From Patescibacteria group bacterium (GTDB lineage: Bacteria > Patescibacteriota > Minisyncoccia > Phycocordibacterales > Phycocordibacteraceae), in NCBI GenBank assembly GCA_018971265.1, contig JAGXBE010000001.1, positions 1,051 to 65,050 of the forward strand: a DNA stretch of 64,000 nt. Reading direction: 5' to 3'. Below the pieces are notes generated by a model. It saw only the letters and a program-made list of their open reading frames with translations. It was not told the origin of the DNA and did no database searches. The position numbers and the translations under genes were made by a program. Of the stretch, positions 18,690 to 30,632 are shown in pieces (positions within the stretch are counted from its first letter, which is position 1; each line of letters begins with the position of its first letter).

Positions 18690-19139
18690 ATGCAGCAGCT
18701 TCTTTCAGCATTCGGTATTGACTGGCGTCTGCTCATCGCGCAGGCGGTGAATTTCGGCGTCGTCATCGGAGCGCTTTGGTACTTTCTCTACAAACCGGTG
18801 CTCGCCATGCTCGCAAAGCGACAGGAGGTCATTGCGAAGGGGGTGGAGGACGCCGCGCACGCGCAGGCCGCGCTTGCGGGTGCGGACACAGAGGCGTCGG
18901 CGCGCGTTGCGGCAGCGGACACGGAGGCTGAGCGCATCGTTTCAGCGGCCCGCGAAGCGGGGGACGCGGAGAAGACGCGACTCCTGAAGGAAGCCGAGGC
19001 GCGCGCAGTCGCCGTCGCCAAAGACGCGGAGGACCGCGCAAAAGAGGTTGCGGCGCGCGCGAAGCGGGAGAGCGAAAAGGAGATCACGCGGCTTGCTATC
19101 CTTGCCGCGGAGAAACTTCTGAAGAAACACTATGATTGA
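18690..19139 (+). CDS. atpF: F0F1 ATP synthase subunit b
   Basis: N-terminal TM helix then a long charged coiled coil. Position in the operon. Confidence 0.85.
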   Translation: MQQLLSAFGIDWRLLIAQAVNFGVVIGALWYFLYKPVLAMLAKRQEVIAKGVEDAAHAQAALAGADTEASARVAAADTEAERIVSAAREAGDAEKTRLLKEAEARAVAVAKDAEDRAKEVAARAKRESEKEITRLAILAAEKLLKKHYD

Positions 19140-19503
19140 CGACTACACGCGCCTCTTGGAGGCCACGGCTGAGCTTGAGGACAAGGCGGCAGCAGATGCA
19201 GCCGTGACGAAGCTCATCTTGCACCTGAAAAGCGCGGGACGTATGAAGATGCTCCCCGAGATCGCGCGCGAACTAAAGAAGGTGGCGGCGCGCCGCCACG
19301 CGCTCCGGCCGTTCGTAGAAGTCGCACATCGGAAAGAAGAGGCAGCTGCGCTCCGTGCCGCCTCTGAGGCGGGCATTATCGCGCGGCACGCGGTTGTGAA
19401 TTACTCCCTCATCCACGGCTGGCGTGCGCGAAGCGCAGGTAAGCTCGTTGATCATTCGGCGAAACGAGCACTTCTACAAATTTACCAAAAGGTCACCCTA
19501 TAA
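19132..19503 (+). CDS. atpH: F0F1 ATP synthase subunit delta (short)
   Basis: Position between atpF and atpA. The C-terminal OSCP-like motif ([25 protein letters not shown]) is present. Only 123 aa. Confidence 0.65.
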   Translation: MIDDYTRLLEATAELEDKAAADAAVTKLILHLKSAGRMKMLPEIARELKKVAARRHALRPFVEVAHRKEEAAALRAASEAGIIARHAVVNYSLIHGWRARSAGKLVDHSAKRALLQIYQKVTL

Positions 19504-19510
19504 CGAATGT

Positions 19511-21067
19511 ATGCAGAGCATTATTGAGAGGATCGAGAAGGAAATCGCCGCTTGGGCTCCGGAGGTCGGTGCGGAAGAGACAGGCATCGTTCGCGCTACC
19601 AGCGACGGCATCGCGGAAATCGACGGCCTTTCGGCGGCTGCGATGTCCGAGATGGTATTCTTCGATCCGACCTTTGATCGCACGCTTGTCGAAGCACTCA
19701 AGGACCCGAATCCCATTTACGGTCTCGTGCTGAATCTCGAGGAAGACGGCGTGCGCGCAGTCATTCTCGGCGATTCCACAAAAATCCACGAAGGGATGCT
19801 TGTGCGCCGTTTGGGACGTCCGCTTTCTATACCGGTCGGCGAGTCGCTTGTCGGACGAGTAGTGAACGCTCTTGGCGAACCGGTCGACGGCAAGGGTCCC
19901 ACCGGCGCAAAAGAGGTACGCCCCATCGAGCGCGAAGCGTACGGCGTCATTGACCGCGCGTCGGTAAACGTACCGCTCCATACGGGTGTGAAGGCGGTTG
20001 ACGCCATGATTCCCATCGGGCGCGGTCAGCGCGAACTTATCATTGGCGATCGCGGCACCGGCAAGACCAGTATTGCCATCGATACCATTATCAATCAGAA
20101 GAGCGAGCCAGCGGCCACACGCCCCGTCTGCATCTACGTCGCCATCGGCCAGAAGGAATCAAAGACGGCCAAACTTGCCGCGGAGCTCGACGCACGCGGT
20201 GCGATGGAGTACACCATCATCGTGTCCGCGCCGGCTTCGGCGCCTGCGGCACTTCAGTTTCTCGCACCGTTTGCCGGGGCGACCATTGGCGAATATTTTA
20301 TGGAGCAGGGCAAAGATGCGCTGGTTGTTTATGACGACCTCTCCAAGCAGGCGGTCGCGTATCGCCAGATGTCGCTTCTGCTGCGCCGTCCGCCGGGCCG
20401 CGAGGCGTACCCAGGCGACATTTTTTACCTGCACTCGCGCTTGCTTGAACGTGCAGCAAAGCTCTCCGAAGAGAGAGGCGGCGGTTCCTTGACCGCACTT
20501 CCCATTATTGAGACGCAGGAGGGCGACGTCTCCGCGTACATTCCGACCAATGTCATCTCCATTACGGACGGCCAAATTTATCTGGAAGCGAACCTTTTCA
20601 ACAAGGGCCAGCGTCCGGCCATTAACGTCGGCATATCTGTTTCGCGCGTGGGCTCTGCAGCTCAGACGAAAGCGATGAAGAAGGTTGCGGGGAAGATCAA
20701 GCTTGAGCTCGCACAATTCCGCGAATTGGAGGCCTTTATGCAATTCTCTTCGGATCTCGACGTCGAGACGAAAAAACGCATTGATGCCGGACGTCGTATG
20801 ACCGAGATACTGAACCAGGGTCGCGGCGCGCCGCTTCCTTTTGAAATGGAGGCATCCGTCATATTTGCTGCGACGAATGGTTACCTGGACAGCGTCGCTC
20901 CCGAAGAGGTGAGCGCAGTCGAGATAAAACTGCGAGAATATCTTGCCCGCGAGGCGGGCGGCGTGCTTACCGCTATCCGCGAGTCTAAAGAGATACGCGA
21001 GGAGTCGGAAAAGGCGCTTCGCGAGAAACTGGACGCATTCATCGCGCGCACCGCATCCGTCGCATAA
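19511..21067 (+). CDS. atpA: F0F1 ATP synthase subunit alpha
   Basis: [16 protein letters not shown]-loop. Start at MQSIIER (19511), not the upstream in-frame ATG at 19424 that overlaps atpH. Confidence 0.95.
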   Translation: MQSIIERIEKEIAAWAPEVGAEETGIVRATSDGIAEIDGLSAAAMSEMVFFDPTFDRTLVEALKDPNPIYGLVLNLEEDGVRAVILGDSTKIHEGMLVRRLGRPLSIPVGESLVGRVVNALGEPVDGKGPTGAKEVRPIEREAYGVIDRASVNVPLHTGVKAVDAMIPIGRGQRELIIGDRGTGKTSIAIDTIINQKSEPAATRPVCIYVAIGQKESKTAKLAAELDARGAMEYTIIVSAPASAPAALQFLAPFAGATIGEYFMEQGKDALVVYDDLSKQAVAYRQMSLLLRRPPGREAYPGDIFYLHSRLLERAAKLSEERGGGSLTALPIIETQEGDVSAYIPTNVISITDGQIYLEANLFNKGQRPAINVGISVSRVGSAAQTKAMKKVAGKIKLELAQFRELEAFMQFSSDLDVETKKRIDAGRRMTEILNQGRGAPLPFEMEASVIFAATNGYLDSVAPEEVSAVEIKLREYLAREAGGVLTAIRESKEIREESEKALREKLDAFIARTASVA

Positions 21068-21073
21068 GTACCC

Positions 21074-23393
<2,320 letters not shown>

Positions 23394-23394
23394 C

Positions 23395-23640
23395 ATGAAA
23401 ACATTTCATCTCACTGTTGCGCGCATCGGCGAAAACTTATTTGACGAAGAGGTAGTTTCCGTTTCTCTTCCCGGTATCGAAGGGACGTTCCAAATCCTTG
23501 CCGGACACGAGCCGTTCGTCTCCCTGCTTACGGCCGGTACCGTGCATATCAAAAACGCGAACGGGCAAGGGCATTCTTTCGAGACTCCGAAAGAGGGTGT
23601 CGCAGAAATATCGTATTCTCAGGCGACTGTCCTTCTCTAG
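23395..23640 (+). CDS. atpC: F0F1 ATP synthase subunit epsilon (short, beta-sandwich only)
   Basis: 81 aa following atpD, with an epsilon N-domain pattern. Confidence 0.8.
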   Translation: MKTFHLTVARIGENLFDEEVVSVSLPGIEGTFQILAGHEPFVSLLTAGTVHIKNANGQGHSFETPKEGVAEISYSQATVLL

Positions 23641-23679
23641 TACTTGCATTCAGCCCGTGGGGCGCCATACTAGTGGCAT

Positions 23680-24097
23680 GACTTTTGAAGGAAATGGCGG
23701 TGAGAACGTCTCTCCGCGCCGTAAGATACCTCACTACCACGGGGATGCCGTGCGCGTCCTGCTCGTCGCAAGTGCGCTCGTGCTTATCATTGCCCAGTCT
23801 ACCGGAGCCCAGCTCCCGCTTTCGACGACCGAGGCGGTCATCTCGGCAATGGTACTGGTTGTTTCCGCCGGCATAACGAATCCGACGCAGTCACCGATTC
23901 ATTGGGTAAATGCAATACTCGCGATTACAGGAACGCTCCTTTTCGGCACGACTGCGGTTGAACACTATCGCGCAGGAATGAGTCTTCTCGACCCCTCTTT
24001 CATCTACGTAGAAGCGCTTGCGCTCCTGTCGCTTTTTGCGCTCTATCTTACGACAAGAACCATCCGCGGTTTTCATTTGCACAGGAACCTGTCTTAA
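23680..24097 (+). CDS. hypothetical membrane protein
   Basis: Start taken at MTFEG (23680) rather than the upstream ATG at 23498, which overlaps atpC. Four predicted TM helices. Confidence 0.5.
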
Positions 24098-24130
24098 TAC
24101 TCGCGCCCCTCTCTTTTCCTGTGGTACACT

Positions 24131-24367
24131 TTGCGCATGTCCGTCAAGGATTTTCTTCTCAAGAAGTACACTGACTGGAAGTTGAAGGACGTACCGGAAG
24201 CTCAGCGCGATCAGATGCTGGCTCTCGTTTCAAAAGACCCGGACCTTTTTAAAGTCATCGGCGAAGAGATTGAGCGGCGTAAAAAAGGCGGCGAAAGCGA
24301 AATGAAGGCGGCAATGGAAGTGATGAAGAAGCACCGCGACAAACTCTCAGCGCTCATGCAAAAGTAA
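24131..24367 (+). CDS. hypothetical small charged helical protein
   Basis: ORF with Lys/Glu-rich helical composition. No recognisable motif. Confidence 0.4.
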   Translation: MRMSVKDFLLKKYTDWKLKDVPEAQRDQMLALVSKDPDLFKVIGEEIERRKKGGESEMKAAMEVMKKHRDKLSALMQK

Positions 24368-24372
24368 TTTTC

Positions 24373-24876
24373 ATGTCCACTCTGCTTTTTCTTCTCGTTT
24401 TCTTTCAGGCGCTCGGAGCGCTCGTCGGCGCCATCACGGCGGTGTGGAGCGAGCTTGCTTACGTTCGCGCGATGCGAGATGGAAGACTCGATGCAGCCGA
24501 ACGGGCGTATCTCGACGGCATCGCGAAGGGATTGCGTTTTGGCATGCCATTCCTCTTACTCGCTTCTCTGGCGCTCGTCATCGTCGCCTACGTGCTCCAC
24601 GCAGCGCCTCAACCGGCGCTCACCGCAAGCTACTGGGCTTTCATGACGCTCGCACTTCTCATCATCGGCACTTCTTTCGCCCTTTCGCGACGGCGAGTTT
24701 CATTTGCGCTCGGTTCCGCTGGGGTTTTTGCCGCGTGGTGGTTTCTCGTTTTCCTCACGCTTGGACGACTTCCCGCGCTCTCCTTCGGGGCAGCGGCTGC
24801 TCTTTATGTCGTTGCGGCTGCTCTTCTGTACGGAGCACTTCGTTATGCCCGGCTGCTTGCTTCACTTAAACTTTGA
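24373..24876 (+). CDS. hypothetical membrane protein (4-5 TM helices)
   Basis: Hydrophobic helices throughout. Compact spacing with its neighbours. Confidence 0.5.
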   Translation: MSTLLFLLVFFQALGALVGAITAVWSELAYVRAMRDGRLDAAERAYLDGIAKGLRFGMPFLLLASLALVIVAYVLHAAPQPALTASYWAFMTLALLIIGTSFALSRRRVSFALGSAGVFAAWWFLVFLTLGRLPALSFGAAAALYVVAAALLYGALRYARLLASLKL

Positions 24877-24879
24877 ATA

Positions 24880-25449
24880 ATGAAAATCTACATTCTCCTC
24901 GGGCACACCGATGCGGCGACGCTTTCCGGGGCGTTTGCCGACACGTATGAGACGCACGCACGCGCGGCCGGACACGAGGTGCGGCGCCAAAATATCGGCG
25001 AGATGCGTTTCGACCCCATCCTCCACGAGGGTTATAAAAGTATCCAGCAACTCGAGCCGGATCTTGAGACCTTTCGTGAGAACGTTCGATGGGCGGAGCA
25101 CATCGTTATCGTTTACCCCGTCTGGTGGAGTTCAATGCCGGCGATGCTTAAAGGTTTGTTCGATCGTGCGTGGTTGCCGCATTTCGCTTTCAATTTTGCC
25201 GATCACGGCCTCACGTGGACGAAACTGCTCGGGGGACGGACGGCGCGCATCATCACCAGCGCGAACACGGTGCCGTGGCTCCTGCGCTTCATGTATGGGC
25301 CGCCGACCGTCGCTCTTGAGCTTTGTCTTCTTCGTTTTGCCGGCATCAGCGCTCGTTCGACCGTATTCGGTCCCTCCGAGCGCGCCTCGGAAAGGACGAG
25401 AGCCCGATGGTTTTGCAAAGTCGAGCGTCTTGCACGGAAAGGGAAGTAG
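24880..25449 (+). CDS. NAD(P)H-dependent oxidoreductase, flavodoxin-like fold (KefF/MdaB family)
   Basis: MKIYILLGHTD ... HIVIVYPVWWSSMPAMLKGLFDR matches the Flavodoxin_2 motifs. Confidence 0.75.
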   Translation: MKIYILLGHTDAATLSGAFADTYETHARAAGHEVRRQNIGEMRFDPILHEGYKSIQQLEPDLETFRENVRWAEHIVIVYPVWWSSMPAMLKGLFDRAWLPHFAFNFADHGLTWTKLLGGRTARIITSANTVPWLLRFMYGPPTVALELCLLRFAGISARSTVFGPSERASERTRARWFCKVERLARKGK

Positions 25450-25629
25450 CGTCTAGGGTGAATCAGTTTGGGTGTCTACCCGATACTGCGTCTTACTTCA
25501 AGACCGCGCGCTCCGACTTGAATTTTGTCGAAAAACGCGAGATAGTGTTTAGAACCGTAGAGTCGATTACCGGCCCCCAACAGCAACTGGAGATGCGCGG
25601 ATTTATTCCGGCCACTAATTTTTTATTAA

Positions 25630-26727
25630 ATGTTGAAGATAGGAATTGTCGGTTTACCGAACGTGGGGAAATCCACGCTTTTTAATGCACTCACGAAAGC
25701 GTCGGTGCCGGCGGAAAACTACCCTTTCTGCACCATCGATCCGTCGGTCGGAGTTGTCGGCGTCCCCGATCCGCGGCTCGACGCCCTTACAAAACTTTCC
25801 CGAAGCGAGAAGAAAGTTCCGGCAGCGATAGAGTTCGTCGATATCGCCGGTCTTGTGAAAGGCGCGGCAGAAGGCGAGGGGCTCGGGAATCAGTTCCTCG
25901 CGCATATCCGCGAGACTGATGCCATTCTGCACGTGGTACGTTTCTTTGATGACGCAGCGGTGCTCCATGTGAACGGGGACGTCGAACCATACAAAGACAT
26001 AGAAATAATCAACGTCGAACTCATGCTCGCGGATGCGGAACAGGTTCGCGGGCGGCGCGATAAACTCGAGCGCGATATAGCGATGAATCTGCAAGGGGCA
26101 TCCGTCCTTGACCGTGCGCTCGCCAAACTCGAACAGGGTTTTGCGGCGGGGAAACTCGCGCTCCACGCCGGACTCGATAGCGAAGAGCAAAAACTCGTGG
26201 TACCCATGAATTTGCTCACGATGAAACCGATGCTCTATGCGCTCAACCGAAAGAGTGCCGGACACAACCTCGACGAGCTTGATGACGGGCGCGCGACGCG
26301 GGCGTATGAGATCATCAAAGTGCTCGGTTCTCGTTTCGTGAAAGTCGATGCCGCAACCGAACAGGACTTGAATGAGGTTGCCGATGCCGATCGCGACGGC
26401 TTTCGGGAAGAGTTTGGCGTGCTTGAGGACGGTCTTCGCGACCTTATCCGCGGCGCATACGACACGCTTGGTCTCATCTCATTCTTTACGACCGGCGAAA
26501 AAGAGACACGCGCGTGGACGATACCTCGAGGCAGTACCGCGCCGCTTGCCGGCGCCGCAATTCACAGTGATTTTGCGGAAAAGTTTATTCGTGCGGAGGT
26601 CGTTTCCACCCCCGACCTTCTTTCGAGCGGTAGCTGGGCCGCTGCTCGTGAAGCCGCGAAAATCCGTACGGAAGGGAAAGAATATATCGTCGCCGACGGC
26701 GACGTGATGGTATTTCTTCATGGCTAA
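25630..26727 (+). CDS. ychF: ribosome-binding ATPase YchF
   Basis: GIVGLPNVGKSTLFNALT, a TGS-like C-terminus, 365 aa. Confidence 0.9.
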   Translation: MLKIGIVGLPNVGKSTLFNALTKASVPAENYPFCTIDPSVGVVGVPDPRLDALTKLSRSEKKVPAAIEFVDIAGLVKGAAEGEGLGNQFLAHIRETDAILHVVRFFDDAAVLHVNGDVEPYKDIEIINVELMLADAEQVRGRRDKLERDIAMNLQGASVLDRALAKLEQGFAAGKLALHAGLDSEEQKLVVPMNLLTMKPMLYALNRKSAGHNLDELDDGRATRAYEIIKVLGSRFVKVDAATEQDLNEVADADRDGFREEFGVLEDGLRDLIRGAYDTLGLISFFTTGEKETRAWTIPRGSTAPLAGAAIHSDFAEKFIRAEVVSTPDLLSSGSWAAAREAAKIRTEGKEYIVADGDVMVFLHG

Positions 26728-26745
26728 TCGTAAACCTTGGATGCG

Positions 26746-26754
26746 TGGTATAAT
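26746..26754 (+). promoter_or_regulatory. extended -10 box TGGTATAAT 8 nt upstream of the ATG at 26763
   Basis: Motif seen in the sequence. Confidence 0.4.
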
Positions 26755-26762
26755 GCGCTTCT

Positions 26763-27719
26763 ATGGATAAACCGAAAATAACGGCGAAAGATTTCTTTTT
26801 GTGGGCGGGGGCGATGGTAGCGTTTTATTGGAGCATTATCGCTTTCACTTTCCTCATTTTCGATTACATAAATTACAGCTTCCCGAATCCACTCGCCTAC
26901 TATCCGAGCGATCCGTACCAGAGCGGTATTAGCTACGAAATGGCGTCCCTCATAGTACTCTTCCCGCTCTACCTGCTCTTGGTGCGGTTCATACGCAGAA
27001 GTATAGCTTTGGATTCTTCCCGCAAAGATATTTGGGTGCGCCGCTGGGCGCTCATATTGACGCTCTTCATTGCGGGCATAACGATAGCGGTAGACCTCAT
27101 CACCCTCCTCACCACCTTTCTTAATGGAGAAACGCTTACGACGGCGTTCCTGCTGAAAGTACTTATCATACTCCTTGTCGCGTCCGGAGTATTCATGCAT
27201 TTTATTGCCGATTTACGGGGCTACTGGGATACGTTTCCGCTTCGTCGACGTTCCGTCGGTATTGGTGCTGCCATCCTTGCCGTTGTTACCGTAGTCTCCG
27301 GATTTTTTATCGTCGGCACGCCCGCGCAAGCCCGCCTTGCGCGGTTTGACGCGCAAAAAGTGAGCGATCTCCAGAACATACAGTCGCACGTGGTGAATTA
27401 TTGGCAGGCAAAACATACGTTGCCTACAACGATTACCGATCTCAACAACTCTCTCTCGTACGGTCCTCTGCCGATGGACGCCCAAACGGGGGAGCCGTAC
27501 GGGTATCAGGCAACGGGAACACTTTCGTTCAAATTATGCGCAGTCTTTAATGTGCCGAGTCGTGGCAATCAAAATAGCTACCCTGAATCTTTTTCCGGAC
27601 CTACGATGCCCGTACCGGCGGGTGGCAGAGGAATGGTGCAAGACAATTGGCAACATGGCAGCGGGCAAGTATGTTTCGATCGAACTATCGACCCCAGTTT
27701 CTATCCGCCGGTGAAATAA
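26763..27719 (+). CDS. hypothetical polytopic membrane protein (DUF5671-like)
   Basis: Several TM helices then a soluble C-terminal domain. The family label is from memory only. Confidence 0.5.
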   Translation: MDKPKITAKDFFLWAGAMVAFYWSIIAFTFLIFDYINYSFPNPLAYYPSDPYQSGISYEMASLIVLFPLYLLLVRFIRRSIALDSSRKDIWVRRWALILTLFIAGITIAVDLITLLTTFLNGETLTTAFLLKVLIILLVASGVFMHFIADLRGYWDTFPLRRRSVGIGAAILAVVTVVSGFFIVGTPAQARLARFDAQKVSDLQNIQSHVVNYWQAKHTLPTTITDLNNSLSYGPLPMDAQTGEPYGYQATGTLSFKLCAVFNVPSRGNQNSYPESFSGPTMPVPAGGRGMVQDNWQHGSGQVCFDRTIDPSFYPPVK

Positions 27720-27760
27720 AGCAGGTCTTGAGATTTTGAATCGAGATTGCGACACTGCAC

Positions 27761-30598
27761 ATGGCGTATGATCACAAAAAAATCGAGAAAGCAGCCCAAG
27801 AGAAGTGGGCGAACCTCGATCTCTACCGAACCGACCTCTCGGACGGTGCGAAGGACCCATATTACCTCCTTGCCGAGTTCCCGTATCCGTCGGGTGATCT
27901 CCACATCGGACACTGGTATGCATTCGCCGTAACCGACATATACGCGCGTCTTTTGCGACTGCGCGGCAAGAATGTCTTTTTCCCGATAGGATTCGACGCC
28001 TTCGGCTTGCCTGCCGAGAATGCAGCGATAAAGCACGGACTCGATCCTGCCGAGTGGACCTACAAGAATATTGCTCGTATGCGTGCACAACTCGCCTCAA
28101 TGGGAGCGTCTTTTGATTGGTCAAGAGAGGTGCTTACCTGTGACCCGAATTACTACCAATGGACACAGTGGCTTTTCGTGAAGCTCTTCGAGCACAAGCT
28201 CGCCGAACATCGCGAGGCATCGGTAAAGTGGTGCCCAAAGGATCAGACCGTGCTTGCGAATGAACAGGTAGTTGACGGTCACTGTGAGCGCTGCGGGACC
28301 GAAGTGGAAGAAAAGACCCTTACCCAATGGTTTCTCAAGATAACCGACTACGCAGAGCGTTTGCTTGCCGGACTTGACGCGCTTCCGTGGCGCGAGGAAA
28401 TAAAGGAAGCCCAGCGCGCATGGATCGGCAAGAGCGAAGGCGCGTACTTGGAGTTTCTTGTTTCCGGGCGCGATGAAAAGATAAAGGTCTTTACGACACG
28501 GCCGGACACGGTGTTCGGCGCAACCTACGTCGTGCTTGCGCCGGAGCATCCTATTGTTTCATCGTTGCTGCCGTCCGTTTCGAATGTGGAAGAAGTCGAA
28601 AAGTACGTCCGTGCGACCGCGAAGAAGACCGAACGCGAGCGCAGTGAGAATAAAGAAAAGACCGGCGTGAAATTGGAGGACGTTTCCGCGATCAATCCGG
28701 CAACGAAGGAGGAGATACCGGTGTACGTCGCCGACTACGTTCTCGCCTCCTATGGCACTGGCGCGGTGATGGCCGTCCCCGCCCACGACGAGCGCGACTT
28801 CGAATTTGCAAAAAAGATGAAGCTTCCAATCAGGGAAGTAGTAATACCCGAACGCATTGATAAGCGGAATCCGCCGGTGTTTGGCAAAAAAAGTGTGGAA
28901 CGTCGGAATGTGCATGCGTTTGTCAAAAACAAAGATGGAAAAATCCTCTGCCTGAAATGGAAAAAATATCCGTGGACTACGTTCCCGATGGGGGGAATTG
29001 AAGAGGGGGAAGACGCTGTCGCTGCAGGGCGACGCGAAGTCGCGGAGGAGACAGGGTATATTCATCTTACGAATCCAAGAATGCTCGGCGGCGAGGTGCG
29101 AGCTGAATATTTTGCCGCACACAAAGATCAGAATAGAATTTCATACACGACTCTCATCGCTTTCGATTTGGAAGACGAAGCGCGTGAGCCGGTTGCCAAG
29201 GAGGAGGGTGAAGCGCATGACATATTTTGGGCGGACCCGAGCGATGTCACTTCCACGAGCATGACGCATGCTGAAATAGACGTATGGCTCGCTCGACTTT
29301 CGAACGAAAAAGGTTTTGCATACGTCGAGTCTGGCATGTTGATCAATTCCGGTGAATTTACCGGCAAGAACAGCGAAGAAGCGAAGTGGGACATCGTTGC
29401 GTATGTGGGCGGCGAGCGTGCGACGCAGTATCGGCTCCGTGACTGGCTGGTCTCCCGCCAGCGTTACTGGGGCTGTCCGATACCGATTGTCTATGATCCC
29501 TCCGGGAAGCCGCACGCGATTCCGGCCGAACACTTGCCGTGGCTTTTGCCGACCGATGTCGACTTCACGCCGACGGGCAAAGCACCGCTCGCGTCGTCAG
29601 CAGAACTTAAAGAGCGCGTGACGCGCATCTTCGGCGAGGGCTGGACGCCCGAACACGATACGCTCGACACGTTTGTCGACTCTTCGTGGTACTTCCTCCG
29701 CTATCTCGACCCGAAGGATGCGCATGATTTTTCCGATGCCGCGCTTATGAGAAAGTGGCTGCCGGTCAATCGCTATTCGGGCGGAGGCGAACACACGACG
29801 ATGCATCTCTTCTACGCGCGCTTTTTCACCAAAGCGCTCTACGACCTCGCGCTCGTACCGGTCGAGGAGCCTTTTACCGAGCGTTTCAATCGCGGTCTTG
29901 TCATGGGTCCCGACGGGCAGAAGATGAGCAAGTCAAAAGGAAACGTGCTGAATCCCGATGAATTCGTAGAGCGCTATGGCGCCGATGCCGTGCGCATCTA
30001 CCTCGCCTTCATCGGCCCTTACAACGAGCCGGGGAACTATCCGTGGAATCTCGATGGCGTCGTTTCCATGCGCAGGTTTCTTGAACGCGCCGCACGCGTC
30101 CTCGATCGTGCAGAGGAAAGGCCTGAAGAACCCGAGATTCAACAAGCAGTTCGGCGCACGAGCGTGAAAATCGCTGCCGACGGCGACCGGTTTAAATTTA
30201 ATACTTGCATTGCCGCGCTCATGACGTTGCTGAACGAGTTCGAAAAGTCGCCGACGGTCTCGAGGATGGCTGCAAGATCTTTTGTTATCATGCTCGCTCC
30301 TTTCGCGCCGCATGCAGCCGAGTTTTTTTGGGAGCAGCTTGACGAAAAAGAGAGCGTCCACCAGACATCCTGGCCGGCAATCGCCCCCTCCGCCGTAGAG
30401 GAAGTCACGGTCGTGCTACAAGTAAATGGCAAGCGCCGCGGATCCGTACGCTTGTCCCCGACCGCTTCGCAAGAGGATGCGATGAATGCCGCCCTCGCGA
30501 TTCCTGGCATCACCAAAATAGTTTCAGGAGAAAGGCCCGAACGCCTCGTGTACGTGCCGGGGAAGGTCGTTAACCTCGTAATGCGCTCGAAATCTTGA
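27761..30598 (+). CDS. leuS: leucine--tRNA ligase with an inserted NUDIX hydrolase domain
   Basis: HIGH motif (PYPSGDLHIGH), CP1 editing motifs (TRPDT, GTGAVMAVPAHDERDFEFA) and KMSKS. Between the editing domain and the GMLINSGEF segment there is an insertion of about 155 aa carrying a canonical Nudix box, GGIEEGEDAVAAGRREVAEETG. Confidence 0.9.
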   Translation: MAYDHKKIEKAAQEKWANLDLYRTDLSDGAKDPYYLLAEFPYPSGDLHIGHWYAFAVTDIYARLLRLRGKNVFFPIGFDAFGLPAENAAIKHGLDPAEWTYKNIARMRAQLASMGASFDWSREVLTCDPNYYQWTQWLFVKLFEHKLAEHREASVKWCPKDQTVLANEQVVDGHCERCGTEVEEKTLTQWFLKITDYAERLLAGLDALPWREEIKEAQRAWIGKSEGAYLEFLVSGRDEKIKVFTTRPDTVFGATYVVLAPEHPIVSSLLPSVSNVEEVEKYVRATAKKTERERSENKEKTGVKLEDVSAINPATKEEIPVYVADYVLASYGTGAVMAVPAHDERDFEFAKKMKLPIREVVIPERIDKRNPPVFGKKSVERRNVHAFVKNKDGKILCLKWKKYPWTTFPMGGIEEGEDAVAAGRREVAEETGYIHLTNPRMLGGEVRAEYFAAHKDQNRISYTTLIAFDLEDEAREPVAKEEGEAHDIFWADPSDVTSTSMTHAEIDVWLARLSNEKGFAYVESGMLINSGEFTGKNSEEAKWDIVAYVGGERATQYRLRDWLVSRQRYWGCPIPIVYDPSGKPHAIPAEHLPWLLPTDVDFTPTGKAPLASSAELKERVTRIFGEGWTPEHDTLDTFVDSSWYFLRYLDPKDAHDFSDAALMRKWLPVNRYSGGGEHTTMHLFYARFFTKALYDLALVPVEEPFTERFNRGLVMGPDGQKMSKSKGNVLNPDEFVERYGADAVRIYLAFIGPYNEPGNYPWNLDGVVSMRRFLERAARVLDRAEERPEEPEIQQAVRRTSVKIAADGDRFKFNTCIAALMTLLNEFEKSPTVSRMAARSFVIMLAPFAPHAAEFFWEQLDEKESVHQTSWPAIAPSAVEEVTVVLQVNGKRRGSVRLSPTASQEDAMNAALAIPGITKIVSGERPERLVYVPGKVVNLVMRSKS

Positions 30599-30632
30599 CT
30601 CTTCGTAATGCATTTGCTATAAATTATACCAC

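Noticed and set aside
19424-19510. N-terminal extensions offered by the ORF track for atpA (19424), trpS (55141), ddl (14636), murG (61925), rplM (48625) and the membrane protein at 23498
   Set aside because: Each extension overlaps the upstream gene or tRNA and lacks homology. Downstream ATGs coincide with conserved N-termini and with TGnTAnnnT boxes.
25449-25630. 180-nt intergenic region before ychF as a small RNA
   Set aside because: Only weak 5-bp hairpins. No promoter or terminator pair recognisable by eye.
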